Source: a virus (lineage: Duplodnaviria; Caudoviricetes). Taken from it: a DNA stretch of 64,000 nucleotides. Made by a program: the position numbers and the translations under genes. The stretch lies in IMG/VR virus record IMGVR_UViG_3300021387_000147; one strand, given 5' to 3'. The notes under the pieces were generated by a model. It was not told the origin of the DNA and ran no database searches. It was given only the letters and a program-made list of their open reading frames with translations. Shown one piece after another: positions 1 through 10,300 of this stretch (position 1 is the stretch's first letter; the number at the start of each line of letters is the position of its first letter).

Positions 1-385
1 ATGCCATTCCACAAAGACGTTTACGTGCCATAAACATCAATTCTTGTGCATTGACCCACATTATATGGGAAACTGGATGACCTTGTGGTTCTTCATAACG
101 GTCATATTTGTCTTGTCTATCATTTCGCTGAGACTGAACGAAATGTTCTGCACCCATCTTGTGACGGACAAAACAAACTGAATCACAATAAGGAATATCC
201 ATCTTAATAATAAACTGCAAATAACGAATTGGAGAATGCTCTGATTTTAGATATTTCTTCTTTAAGTCAAGAGACATTTCCTTATCCATAAGATAATCTT
301 TACCAACTGTATTCAATGCCAAACGTTTTACCCATTGCCAATCTTCATCAGTTGGATGCTTCAATACTTCAATTTTAAAATCCAT
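1..385 (-). CDS. thyX: FAD-dependent thymidylate synthase ThyX-like (3' end runs off window)
   Basis: Manual translation from ATG at 385: MDFKIEVLKHPTDEDWQWVK...KSEHSPIRYLQF...CFVRHKMGAEHFVQSQRNDR...VNAQELMFMARKRLC; H-S-P, RH-x7-QS-x-R and N-x-x-EL-x5-KRLC motifs typical of ThyX. Confidence 0.75.
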   Translation of the reverse strand, partial: MDFKIEVLKHPTDEDWQWVKRLALNTVGKDYLMDKEMSLDLKKKYLKSEHSPIRYLQFIIKMDIPYCDSVCFVRHKMGAEHFVQSQRNDRQDKYDRYEEPQGHPVSHIMWVNAQELMFMARKRLCGMA

Positions 386-955
386 TTATACTCCTTCACG
401 ATATACGATTACTTCTTTGTTAAAATCAATAGTTTTTAAAAGGTATTTCATATTAGAGATGAATTGTTTTGTTGTTGCAAAATAAAAACCATCATAAGTT
501 ATTTCATCATCTCGTATAAATCTCCACCAATCATAACGTTGCCAATTAAGTTCAACATCTTCATAAGTCACACCATTATAAGCTTTTTCTGCAGCGGCGA
601 CTAACTTTTCTATATCTTTCTTTTTGATTCTTACATAACTATTCTTTAAATCTTCTTGACTAAAGATAGTTCTCATTTTCATTTGAATAGGAGAATAATC
701 TTTAAATCTTAATGCTACTGAATATGAATTCAAGTATTCAAAGATTTTTGTTATTATGATATATTTCTTTCTATCTAATGCTCTATATTCTAATTCTTTT
801 TCTCTATCTTTAAAAGATACTTCACCACCTACATCAGATTTATCTGGATCTTTCATCAATGCTTCTATTTGATTGTCAACCAGTTTTAATCTTCTTTGTA
901 GTGCAGCAACATCATGCCATCTTTCTTTTGATACAGTGTAGAATACAGTTTCCAA
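386..955 (-). CDS. hypothetical protein
   Basis: 189-aa ORF tightly packed in a minus-strand operon; start codon uncertain. Confidence 0.6.
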   Translation of the reverse strand: METVFYTVSKERWHDVAALQRRLKLVDNQIEALMKDPDKSDVGGEVSFKDREKELEYRALDRKKYIIITKIFEYLNSYSVALRFKDYSPIQMKMRTIFSQEDLKNSYVRIKKKDIEKLVAAAEKAYNGVTYEDVELNWQRYDWWRFIRDDEITYDGFYFATTKQFISNMKYLLKTIDFNKEVIVYREGV

Positions 956-956
956 A

Positions 957-1286
957 TCAGTCGTCCTTGTTTATTATATTTTCATTTATATATATTTGAT
1001 TTAATCTTTCTACACCTTCGGCATACGAATATATCTGACCATCAATATTCCAATTAGAATCTACAAAATTTAACGTATGTATATCATTATCTTTTGTATA
1101 GAATGTTATAGATTTAATCTTATCTATTGAGTAATCAGTACCACCAACACATACATAAGCGGTTGATAATGTTGCCTCATAGTTTATCATATTGTCTTTT
1201 AATTTAAATGCATTTACCTTACCACAAACATGTTCGATAATTTCATGACCATTGTCTGTATAAGAATAATTAAATTTTGCTATCAT
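957..1286 (-). CDS. hypothetical protein
   Basis: 109-aa ORF, GAGG SD upstream, overlaps neighbour. Confidence 0.6.
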   Translation of the reverse strand: MIAKFNYSYTDNGHEIIEHVCGKVNAFKLKDNMINYEATLSTAYVCVGGTDYSIDKIKSITFYTKDNDIHTLNFVDSNWNIDGQIYSYAEGVERLNQIYINENIINKDD

Positions 1287-2172
1287 GTTTTATTACCTCG
1301 TCCCAAGCATGTTCTATAAGTGTATCGACTAAATAATTATTATCAGCACAATACGACATTGTAAAATCAGGAACAGAATATCCTCCATAATAAGGGTCTT
1401 TTCTAACATCTTTGTCATACCATTGATGATCAACTGCAGCAGAACCTCTTTCGATTTTCCAATTCCAATCAGCTTGAGATTTTAAATGATAATGATAAAG
1501 TCTTACAGGTCCAGTATAATCAGTAATACCATAAGTTGTTTTTGATACACCAGAACCTACAACTTCTGATACACGTATTCCATTCATCCATGGAACATGA
1601 CCATTTTCTTTATCATTCTTTTTATAGAATTTATATTTTACACCACTATGATAACGGAAAAATGCTTTTCCTTGTGTGGTATAATCATTACGTCTATAGT
1701 AATTATCTTTTATTAAACTTCCATTTCTTGATGATGGAAGATTTTTTGAACTCATCAATATCTGTGGTACCAATACACAATCCAAGTGTCTAAACTGACT
1801 ATCTAACGCAGCTTCCAAATTTGGATAACTAATTACATCCATTGCTGAATGCTTATACCACAAATACTCGTCATCATCCAAGAAATAAATTATATCATTT
1901 TCTTGGAAACCATATCTGTTATCTTTCAATATTTCTTCATATAACTTGTATTGATTTGGCCAACCTTCAATCTTATCATAAGTGACATTTAAATTTACAT
2001 CTTTATTATAAGGCATGCCTAATTTCAAATAATTACTTACAAAGTCAAATATAGGTATTGATGAATCATTATCGATAATATGAATGAAACATCCTAATTT
2101 TAAATACCATTTGAACCAATCTTTAAAGTCTAAATAATTATACGATTTTGTTAAACAAATTACATGAACCAT
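1270..2172 (-). CDS. GT-A fold glycosyltransferase (GT2/GT92-like)
   Basis: DW..WY.KLG..IHIIDNDS, FLDDDEYL DxD motif, C-terminal LYHYHLKS. Confidence 0.7.
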   Translation of the reverse strand: MVHVICLTKSYNYLDFKDWFKWYLKLGCFIHIIDNDSSIPIFDFVSNYLKLGMPYNKDVNLNVTYDKIEGWPNQYKLYEEILKDNRYGFQENDIIYFLDDDEYLWYKHSAMDVISYPNLEAALDSQFRHLDCVLVPQILMSSKNLPSSRNGSLIKDNYYRRNDYTTQGKAFFRYHSGVKYKFYKKNDKENGHVPWMNGIRVSEVVGSGVSKTTYGITDYTGPVRLYHYHLKSQADWNWKIERGSAAVDHQWYDKDVRKDPYYGGYSVPDFTMSYCADNNYLVDTLIEHAWDEVIKHDSKI

Positions 2173-2881
2173 TTATACGCTCTTTAGCTATTTCAAAATA
2201 AGTTAATTCTTTTTCTATTCCAATAAAGTTTCTATTTAAGTTTTTGCATGCAACTCCAGTTGAACCGCTCCCCATACAATTATCTAATACAGTATCACCT
2301 TCATTTGTAAAGGACTTGATAAGATATTCTAATAGTTCAACCGGTTTTTGAGTTGGATGAACTATGTGATGCTTATCTACTCTATTAAATCTTAATACTT
2401 GTTTTGGATAACGGGTACCATCATCTATATATTCTGTAGGTTTGATTTGATTATCTGAAGATAACTTACCAAACTTACCTTTTACAGTATTCTTAACAAG
2501 CTTTCCTTCATGTTTATATTTCTGAGGATTGTAAGTGCATTGTTTCTTATAGAATACTGATATAGTTTCAATGTTCTTTCCAAAACGTTTTTTTAATTGT
2601 AATACGTTTGTTGGAGCTTCTTTTTCCCAATATAAATCGTATTTGTAATCTTTTAAATTACTCATCCTAAGCATAGATGAGAAAGGTTCTTGTCCAAACA
2701 AAACAATTGCCGCGTTTGACTTGCAAACACGATTGTATTCTTTCCAAAGATCTTCAAATGGAATTACTACATCCCATGGACATTTCGTTGTTCCATAGGG
2801 TAAATCGCATAAAACCATATCTACTGAATTATCAGCGATAGATTTCATTGCGTTTAAACAATCATCATTAAATAGATTCAT
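2138..2881 (-). CDS. DNA N6-adenine/N4-cytosine methyltransferase (beta class)
   Basis: Catalytic DLPY motif IV N-terminal, HPTQKP, then SAM-binding VLDNCMGSGSTG. Confidence 0.92.
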   Translation of the reverse strand: MNLFNDDCLNAMKSIADNSVDMVLCDLPYGTTKCPWDVVIPFEDLWKEYNRVCKSNAAIVLFGQEPFSSMLRMSNLKDYKYDLYWEKEAPTNVLQLKKRFGKNIETISVFYKKQCTYNPQKYKHEGKLVKNTVKGKFGKLSSDNQIKPTEYIDDGTRYPKQVLRFNRVDKHHIVHPTQKPVELLEYLIKSFTNEGDTVLDNCMGSGSTGVACKNLNRNFIGIEKELTYFEIAKERINGSCNLFNKIV

Positions 2882-3158
2882 CTAATTTTGATAATACACT
2901 TGAATGAACTTCAGTTCTTGCTTTCCAAAGTCCTAGTTTTACTAATTCTTCTCTTAGTTTAGAAAATGAAACTGTTACAGGTAAAAATAAATCATCTACC
3001 TTTTCAATTGTTGCTTCTTCTTTTTTTAAATCATATTTAATAAAATATGTTTCTAAACCTTTCTTAATTTTAGTTGTTTGGAAATCATAACCGTTGCATT
3101 CAATTAAACCTTCAATATTCTTGAATTTCCAAATTGCGAATGCATCAACTGTCATCAT
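2868..3158 (-). CDS. hypothetical protein
   Basis: 96-aa ORF with AGGAAG SD. Confidence 0.6.
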   Translation of the reverse strand: MMTVDAFAIWKFKNIEGLIECNGYDFQTTKIKKGLETYFIKYDLKKEEATIEKVDDLFLPVTVSFSKLREELVKLGLWKARTEVHSSVLSKLDESI

Positions 3159-3163
3159 ACTTC

Positions 3164-3514
3164 CTATACTTCCTCGTTTAATACTTGGCAGAAGTCTATA
3201 AAATCATTATAGAAGTCTTCTATATTTTTCTTATACGCTTCTGTCTTACTATACCATTTTGAATTTTTCTTTAATTTAGAATAATCAAATATCTTAATGA
3301 CATTACTTTTATCTTCTTTAACTTCATTAAAGTGTTTACGTGCACATGGAATAAACCTTTCCAAATTTGTGACATTCAGAAATTTCACAAAAATTTCTCG
3401 ATTTTTTACGTTATCTCCTTCTACAAAACATGTAATAGGCAGATTATAATCATGTGCTACTGTGTTTAATTTAGACGTTAATTGTAATAATACATTATCC
3501 CAAGAATTAGACAT
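3164..3514 (-). CDS. hypothetical protein (start re-called to ATG 3514)
   Basis: AGGAG SD precedes ATG at 3514; the longer ORF start lies inside the promoter. Confidence 0.6.
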   Translation of the reverse strand: MSNSWDNVLLQLTSKLNTVAHDYNLPITCFVEGDNVKNREIFVKFLNVTNLERFIPCARKHFNEVKEDKSNVIKIFDYSKLKKNSKWYSKTEAYKKNIEDFYNDFIDFCQVLNEEV

Positions 3515-3533
3515 TTTTTTACTCCTGTTTGAA

Positions 3534-3562
3534 AATATAATAAAAACACTGGACTTTGTCAA
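3534..3562 (-). promoter_or_regulatory. sigma70-type early/middle promoter
   Basis: TTGACA-N17-TATATT on the minus strand, upstream of the operon containing the methylase, GT and thyX. Confidence 0.75.
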
Positions 3563-3592
3563 CCAGTGTTTTTAAAATATGATTCTAGTTTT

Positions 3593-4360
3593 TTACTTTT
3601 CAGAAACGTCGATAGTGTCCAATTTAATTACTGCATCACGAGATGTATTCAAATCATTCTTTTGGTCAGCTATATCCTGCTTGATTTCATCACGCTTTAG
3701 AATTAATGGCTCTTTCAACTTTCTAATTAAGTATGCACTTGTTTTAATATCCAACTTTTTACAGATATTTTCTACCAAGAAAATTGCATTCTGCACATTC
3801 TTAAATTCCAAATCTTCAGGTTTCAAGATTTTTCCATTAAAAATAAGTTCCACACATTTCTTAACTTGTTTATATTCAACTAATTGGTCTTCAGATAAAG
3901 TAGATACTAATGAAGCTGTTGCTTGCATTACTTCATCTAAATCAAACATTGTTCCTGCTGCAGGTTCATCAGGCAAAGTCACATCATCTTTGTTCTTCTT
4001 TCCAAATGTGAAGTCTGGGTCGTCTTCATGACCGTCTAAATCCAATTCTTCTTTTTTCTTATCATCTTCGGATTTACCGTCATCTTCCTCTTCACCACTT
4101 TCTCCATCTGATCCGCCATCACCGCCGGCTCCACTGCCGCCTCCTCCAGCATCATCACCAAATGGATCTCCTCCACCTGCATCATCTCCGAATGGGTCAT
4201 CACCTCCACCCATATCATCTCCACCGCCCATGTCGTCTCCGCCACCGGCGTCATCTCCTCCAAAGTCATCTTCTTCAAATAAGAACTGTTTATCAAGTTT
4301 GTCTGATAAAGTAATAGTCTTACTTGTTATTTCACCTAAAATATCGGTTAAGTTTTTCAT
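3593..4360 (-). CDS. acidic Gly/Asp-rich protein, possible prohead core/internal protein
   Basis: LFEE followed by GGDD(A/M)G and GGDPFGDD repeats; strong GAGGAG SD. Confidence 0.55.
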   Translation of the reverse strand: MKNLTDILGEITSKTITLSDKLDKQFLFEEDDFGGDDAGGGDDMGGGDDMGGGDDPFGDDAGGGDPFGDDAGGGGSGAGGDGGSDGESGEEEDDGKSEDDKKKEELDLDGHEDDPDFTFGKKNKDDVTLPDEPAAGTMFDLDEVMQATASLVSTLSEDQLVEYKQVKKCVELIFNGKILKPEDLEFKNVQNAIFLVENICKKLDIKTSAYLIRKLKEPLILKRDEIKQDIADQKNDLNTSRDAVIKLDTIDVSEK

Positions 4361-4371
4361 ATTACTCCTCT

Positions 4372-4671
4372 TTAATCTAAAACCTCGTCTAATCTAGAAA
4401 GTATAACGTCCTTATTTGAATTTCTAATATTGGAACAAGTAAGATAATTAAAAAATGTTCTTGCTGTTTTTGTATTAGAACGAGTCAACATAATTAGTAA
4501 ACCCTCTTTATCTTTATTTATGATCATTTGGACGAGAGTTTCCATTAAATCTTCCATCTTTTCACGAGTAATTTCGATATATGAGACAGAAAGCTGTTTC
4601 TTGTACTTTTCAAAGAAACGTTCAAAATACTCATCTCTATTTTCGATTTTATAAAAAACTGAATACAACAA
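4372..4671 (-). CDS. hypothetical protein
   Basis: 99-aa ORF filling the operon gap. Confidence 0.55.
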   Translation of the reverse strand: MLYSVFYKIENRDEYFERFFEKYKKQLSVSYIEITREKMEDLMETLVQMIINKDKEGLLIMLTRSNTKTARTFFNYLTCSNIRNSNKDVILSRLDEVLD

Positions 4672-4683
4672 CTTATATACCTA

Positions 4684-5229
4684 TTAACTTAAATCAAATT
4701 CTGGCTGTTCATCCTTTAATTGAAGAGAATTTTCCTTTGCCTTATTTATCATGTTCTGAATTAGATCTAATGTTTGGCTAGAATCCATTGTATATGCATT
4801 TATTTGAGTATTCATTGTTCCTGGCTTAGACTGACGCATCTGTGCAATACGTTCTCTCTGTTCTAATGCCTCTTTACGTAAGTTTTCATTAGTTTCAACA
4901 ACTTGATAATCAGTCATTTGTTTATGAAGCTGGAACAACTTCATAATCTGATTACTTATTGTTTCTGTTAAATTTCTAAATACATCATACATGTGTGGAG
5001 GACAACCTATCTTCAATTGATCTGCCAAGCCTGCTAATACAGTCTGATTTGTAGCAATCAAAGACATTAGCTCTGTCTTCATGTATTCTATATCATCAAT
5101 ATTATACTTCTGATTTTTTAATTTTTCTTCTACTTTTTGAATATACTTAGGAGATTCAGAAACGGCTTCTGCCTTTTCTTCTTCTATATTAAACTCATTT
5201 TTCAATGTATCAAATATATCACCTTCCAT
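4684..5229 (-). CDS. probable terminase small subunit (gp16-like)
   Basis: Helical protein with P(H)MYDVFRNL motif resembling the gp16 PRAYEV motif, coiled coil and TQINAY tail; late promoter upstream. Confidence 0.5.
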   Translation of the reverse strand: MEGDIFDTLKNEFNIEEEKAEAVSESPKYIQKVEEKLKNQKYNIDDIEYMKTELMSLIATNQTVLAGLADQLKIGCPPHMYDVFRNLTETISNQIMKLFQLHKQMTDYQVVETNENLRKEALEQRERIAQMRQSKPGTMNTQINAYTMDSSQTLDLIQNMINKAKENSLQLKDEQPEFDLS

Positions 5230-5255
5230 AAATTAACCTCACTAAGTATTTATAA

Positions 5256-5774
5256 TCACCTATATTTCAATCCAAACTGTTCTTCTGTCAATACCTTAAA
5301 AAGATAACCATGTTGTCGACACCAACGTTTAGCGGCTTCCCACTTCTCATAGTTTCTTCTCAATGTATTACATCTCTCCTGCCAATTTTCTATTGCCTTC
5401 TTTGATTTCTTTTGAGGTGGATCTGGATATTTAATCTGACCCGCCTCATTCAATATAGGTGTCTGACTTTCTGGCTTTACTTCCAAAATATACTTCTTTA
5501 CTTGTCCATCTTTATCTTTACAAACAAATAAAAAATCAGTCACATATACATGATTCTTTCCATCAATCTGTGAATAATATGGAACTTCCAATACTTCAGA
5601 ACCCCATTCAATTACCGAATTTGTTCTATCACAGAAGTTGCAAAAAATCTTTTCCCAAGAACTTCTAAATGTAATAGGTTTTGCTCTAGGCATTCTCCCA
5701 TTATAATTTAGACATTTTTCAGGATGATCTGGCTTAAAACAGCCTTGTAAATAATTACCACTAAATATACTCAT
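5256..5774 (-). CDS. head completion nuclease (T4 gp4-like, TnsA-type fold)
   Basis: G.FKP.HPEK, FRSSWE, WGSE, Y.TDF, EVKP, KWEAAKRWC...F.VLTE. Confidence 0.88.
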   Translation of the reverse strand: MSIFSGNYLQGCFKPDHPEKCLNYNGRMPRAKPITFRSSWEKIFCNFCDRTNSVIEWGSEVLEVPYYSQIDGKNHVYVTDFLFVCKDKDGQVKKYILEVKPESQTPILNEAGQIKYPDPPQKKSKKAIENWQERCNTLRRNYEKWEAAKRWCRQHGYLFKVLTEEQFGLKYR

Positions 5775-5777
5775 TTT

Positions 5778-6542
5778 TTACCATCCTGTAAAAGGGTCTA
5801 TAGTTGTTTTTTCCTCGATTTTCTCCTTAGGTTTATATTCAACGTCATATACATTTGCATTTGGATGTTCTTCAACAATATCATTCAATTTCAAAATATC
5901 ATTGTATTGATATTGTGCTGGCGCTGCACTTGGTGCAATATCCCAAATTGGATCATCCTTAGGAATTGTAGGATTGTCTGCAATAGTATATTTATCATCC
6001 TTATAAACCTTAAGAGTCAATGTATAAGTATGTGACTTTAAACCAAAAGCTTCATCCCAATATTTTACATCTCTAATTTGGTAGAAAATTCCATTATAAG
6101 GTAAGTAGATAATATCATCAATTTTAGGTTCCCATGTATCATAAACATCTGGTGTATTTTTATCAGGGCCACCATATCTTGAATAATACTTAAAACTTCC
6201 TTTACCTACATATAAGGTCATCATATCTTCACCCCAAATACCTTGTAATTGATATGATCTTACATTAGGAGGAATTGAATTTGTATATCCTATGAAATAC
6301 CAACTTCTTAAAATCCATCTTAGTTGGTCTTCAGCAAATAATTGGTCTCTTTCTAAATCTTTAGAAACTGCGTAGTAAACAAGTTTTAAACCATATTTAC
6401 CATACGCATCTTCTGTAGCAATATCTTGTTCAGCGGCATCTTGGTCAGATACTAAACCTTGCGCATCAGAATAACAATCGTCATGATAACCTGACAATGT
6501 TGAACATAACCAAGGATATGATGATATTTTTGTATCTGCCAT
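5778..6542 (-). CDS. neck protein (T4 gp14-like)
   Basis: YG..L.YY, D.LFAED, PKIDDIIYLP...FYQI..V, C-terminal DPF. Confidence 0.75.
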   Translation of the reverse strand: MADTKISSYPWLCSTLSGYHDDCYSDAQGLVSDQDAAEQDIATEDAYGKYGLKLVYYAVSKDLERDQLFAEDQLRWILRSWYFIGYTNSIPPNVRSYQLQGIWGEDMMTLYVGKGSFKYYSRYGGPDKNTPDVYDTWEPKIDDIIYLPYNGIFYQIRDVKYWDEAFGLKSHTYTLTLKVYKDDKYTIADNPTIPKDDPIWDIAPSAAPAQYQYNDILKLNDIVEEHPNANVYDVEYKPKEKIEEKTTIDPFTGW

Positions 6543-7300
6543 TATTCTAACCTCAAAAATCCATTGTTATTCCATAGAATATTCATTGTTCCATTCTTTG
6601 CATCATGGAATCTATCAAATTCTATATAAGCTACTGGAATTTCTTGTTCAGGTTTCCAGTTTTTTGCTGGTGCATCTTTATGAACAGTAGTTATCATAAT
6701 ACCATATCCACACATGTGATGCTTAGTAGTTTTATCATTTACTGTGCTTGATGCTGAAATAGCGTTATCACCACCTAAAACTTTAATTACATCTTCTGTT
6801 AATGGAGTTGTCTTTAAATTATAACTATCATATTCTTCTTGCACAAATTCTGGTGCAAAACCATAATTCAAATTCCAATATTCAGAATTAAAGTATTCTG
6901 TATTTGTACCAGCTTTGATTGTATCTTTTACTACATTTGGAGTTATACCATATTGAGAATATTCATAATCTCTTTTTACCCAACATGTAGCTGGACATTC
7001 TTTAGAAAAGATTACAGCTGAAGCTGGCATATATTCCATTTCTTCATAACAAGAATCAGACTCCATACCAGTTCTACTGTTTATACTTTCAAATGATGGA
7101 TTTAACATTTCACCAATCTTGAATAAGTTGTATTTATTTATCCAATTTTCTTTATTATTAAAATTATCAATATTATTTCTATCAGTTTCAGATAATAATG
7201 GAGAAAGATAGACTGTGAATGGTCTATTCCAATCTATCGCTCTAGCGCCAAGCATAAACTTGAATTTTTTAAAAACATATTTCACTTGTTTATCTGACAT
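6542..7300 (-). CDS. putative virion structural protein
   Basis: N-terminal VFKKFK..L...IDW and C-terminal VAYIEF...NGTMNILWNNNGFLRL, a pattern common in phage structural proteins. Confidence 0.5.
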   Translation of the reverse strand: MSDKQVKYVFKKFKFMLGARAIDWNRPFTVYLSPLLSETDRNNIDNFNNKENWINKYNLFKIGEMLNPSFESINSRTGMESDSCYEEMEYMPASAVIFSKECPATCWVKRDYEYSQYGITPNVVKDTIKAGTNTEYFNSEYWNLNYGFAPEFVQEEYDSYNLKTTPLTEDVIKVLGGDNAISASSTVNDKTTKHHMCGYGIMITTVHKDAPAKNWKPEQEIPVAYIEFDRFHDAKNGTMNILWNNNGFLRLE

Positions 7301-10300
7301 TACTTAATCTCCAAGACACAACCCATTTGTTTATTGTCTACTTTACCTGAATCTAATTGCATAGACCAAGTAGATAGACCATCACAATCACCTACACTTG
7401 TATCTATATACATTACGTTATTACCATCTTTATCATATACATAAAGACCAGCAAAATCTTCACCAGAAATAGCAGATGTATAACATATACCCTTTTCCAT
7501 AATTTCTTTTCTTATTTGTTCAGGGGACTTAGTCAAACCTAAGTGCATAATGTTATGATTATAAACAAAGTTATCACCTGAAATTCCTGCAATTGGATCT
7601 TCCAACCAATAACCAATTTTACCATTATCAGCCATTGCAAATTTTACATTATATGAATATTCACCTAATTTAGCTGGTTCACCATTATCATTTATATCAG
7701 ATATTGCTGAATATGTATATGTAAAATATTGATCAACTTCATTATTTCTCTTAAATAATGTTAATGGATAATTTGGTAATTTTGCATTAGTCAAATCTGG
7801 TCCATTTGTTGAACATACAGACCAATCATCCTGATATGATATATACAAATCATTATCTACTTTTTTACCTGATTCATCAGTATAAATCTTTAAATCAGAA
7901 CCAAAATATGAATATGTTGATTCATGCTTTGATGTTTGATATTGATCTGAATAATAATCATAATTATTTTTTCCTGTACCTCTATGCACATGAATATGAG
8001 ACATATTCAAACTTAAATCTCTACATATAGCAGCAGGATAATGTACAGTTGATAATGCATTTGCAAATCTTCTATAACCTGGACCTTGTACAAATTGATT
8101 ATTTTGGAAATATCCATAATAATTTTGTTTAATGTTTATACCTCTAAATAATGATTGAGCTAAGAATGGTAAACCACCTAAATCATCACCATTTGGTTTT
8201 CTCATTCCAGGTAACCAACCATACTTATATCCAGTAGAATCAGCATTACCTTCATTATTATCAATATTCATATTTTTAATTGGTGTATCAACATTCAAAT
8301 CTAATGTATTGATACCCAAATTAAAATCATTATACATTAAACCTAAATCATTTGAGAAATTACCATAATAACAATATCCCCAAGCTTCTGATGCATTATC
8401 ACTTTTATTATTAGTACCAGACCATGTATTAATATATGAATTAATACCAGGGAACATATTATATGTTGGCTTAATTTCTGCAACAATTGGAGAACCAACA
8501 CCAAATGGACATTCTGATGCACCTCCATTTAACTGTATTGGACCATAGAAATCTCTCTTAGCATAATATGCAGAATTTTCTGAAGTATCAACTTTATCCC
8601 ATGGTTTTTGAACACCACTATCTTCTTCATAATGCAAATTAACATTATTACATACTAATGGACGAGGTGCATCATCACCAATATTAGAAGTATTAAATTC
8701 ACAAATTGCTGCAAGTCCACCAAATCTATTCATAAATGAATAATTCTTTGATTTTGCATTATTGAAAATATATTGTGTTGCAGTCTTATCTGGATTAGCA
8801 CTTACAATTACACCTTCTGAAATATGATTATCCAAGAATGCAGAAGTATTATAAATTTCTGTAACTTGTGGAGCAAATGCCATAGAACCAATCAAACCAC
8901 CTACGTTATAGATTGATTGTAATTCTGTTCTAAATGATTCACCTATAGCACCAACTCTTACATTCAATAAGTACTGAGGTTTCTTTACTGATGAAAATGG
9001 ATCTATATAAGTATCATCATTTAAATCAAATATATCATTATAAGGCAATGCACAGTTTCCAATAAATACAGGTTCACGACCTTGTCTTTGATAATTATAA
9101 GCCCAATCATAGAATATAATATCACGACTTATTTTACTTTGTGATATAGATGGAAATTGTGTATTTAAATTAACACGACTATATACAGTACCATATACAC
9201 CAAAATCTTTAATATACAATTCATAATCTGTAATAGTAATTACAGTCTTTGTATCATTTGAAGTCTTTGGTGTAATGTGACTATATCTATTTTTAATGTG
9301 TACACCTTTTATTTTTGTAATTGCTAATGGGAAACCTTCAATATATTCAGTTTCATTGTTAATGAATTTCTTTATATTTTCATTCTTAGCATCATTTGTA
9401 AATGGTGTTAAATAAATTTCATCAATTGTTATTGTTGGTTTTACTATTGTACCAGCTGATACAAAATCTACTGAGTTATCATAGAATGTATCTGAAAATG
9501 TTGCGTTTTGATCGAATTCAATTCCGCAAGTAAAATTACCTTTAGATGCATTTAATCTATCAATCTTTACATTATAATTTTCATTATAAGTAGCACTCCA
9601 TGTATTATTAAGATAACTTTTTCCAGTAGTCTGGATTGGATGGTTATACTTAGAATCCTTTTGAGTTCTAACTAAATAATTGTTAGATGCATCATAGAAA
9701 TCTGGATATACTTGGTCAACAATAAAATTATCAAACTTTTTACTATCATTATTACCACTTGTCAAATAATAATTATTTGGCAATATAGTATAACCACAAC
9801 CTAAATCAAATTGTGCATTTTTAATTACATAACAATTTGTATCTGGATCATATTTAAAATCAGTCCATACAGATGCATCTTGTTCTGATTTTTTAACTAA
9901 TGGGAACCAACATGATTTTGCACTTGGTACATTATCATCATATACTTTTTTAGTATTATTATCATAAGTAAATTGATCATAATAATCTTTATGTATACGT
10001 GAACGTGTATGTATTTTTGATACACCACCAATTATTGCATTTCCTTCAACTAAAGTATAACCTGCACCTGATGTATAGTTACCAGTTTTCATTGCGGCAT
10101 TATAAATGTTTAATGCTGAATTACCTCCTGGTGAAGTTTCAGATGTATTACTATTATAGACAGAACTATCAAATGTATAAGTAACAGTTTTTGAATATGA
10201 ACTTGTTGCTGATAGTCCATCAAACTGCAACATTATACCTTGTGTTGATTTATGCCATGGACATTGTGAAATACCAGCATTATCATGATAATGATTTACT

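Noticed and set aside
3579-4031. Antisense ORFs in the ORF track (e.g. 3579-4031, 14488-14991, 56148-56663, 34922-35188)
   Set aside because: Shadow ORFs opposite better-supported genes, with no SD or promoter and atypical composition
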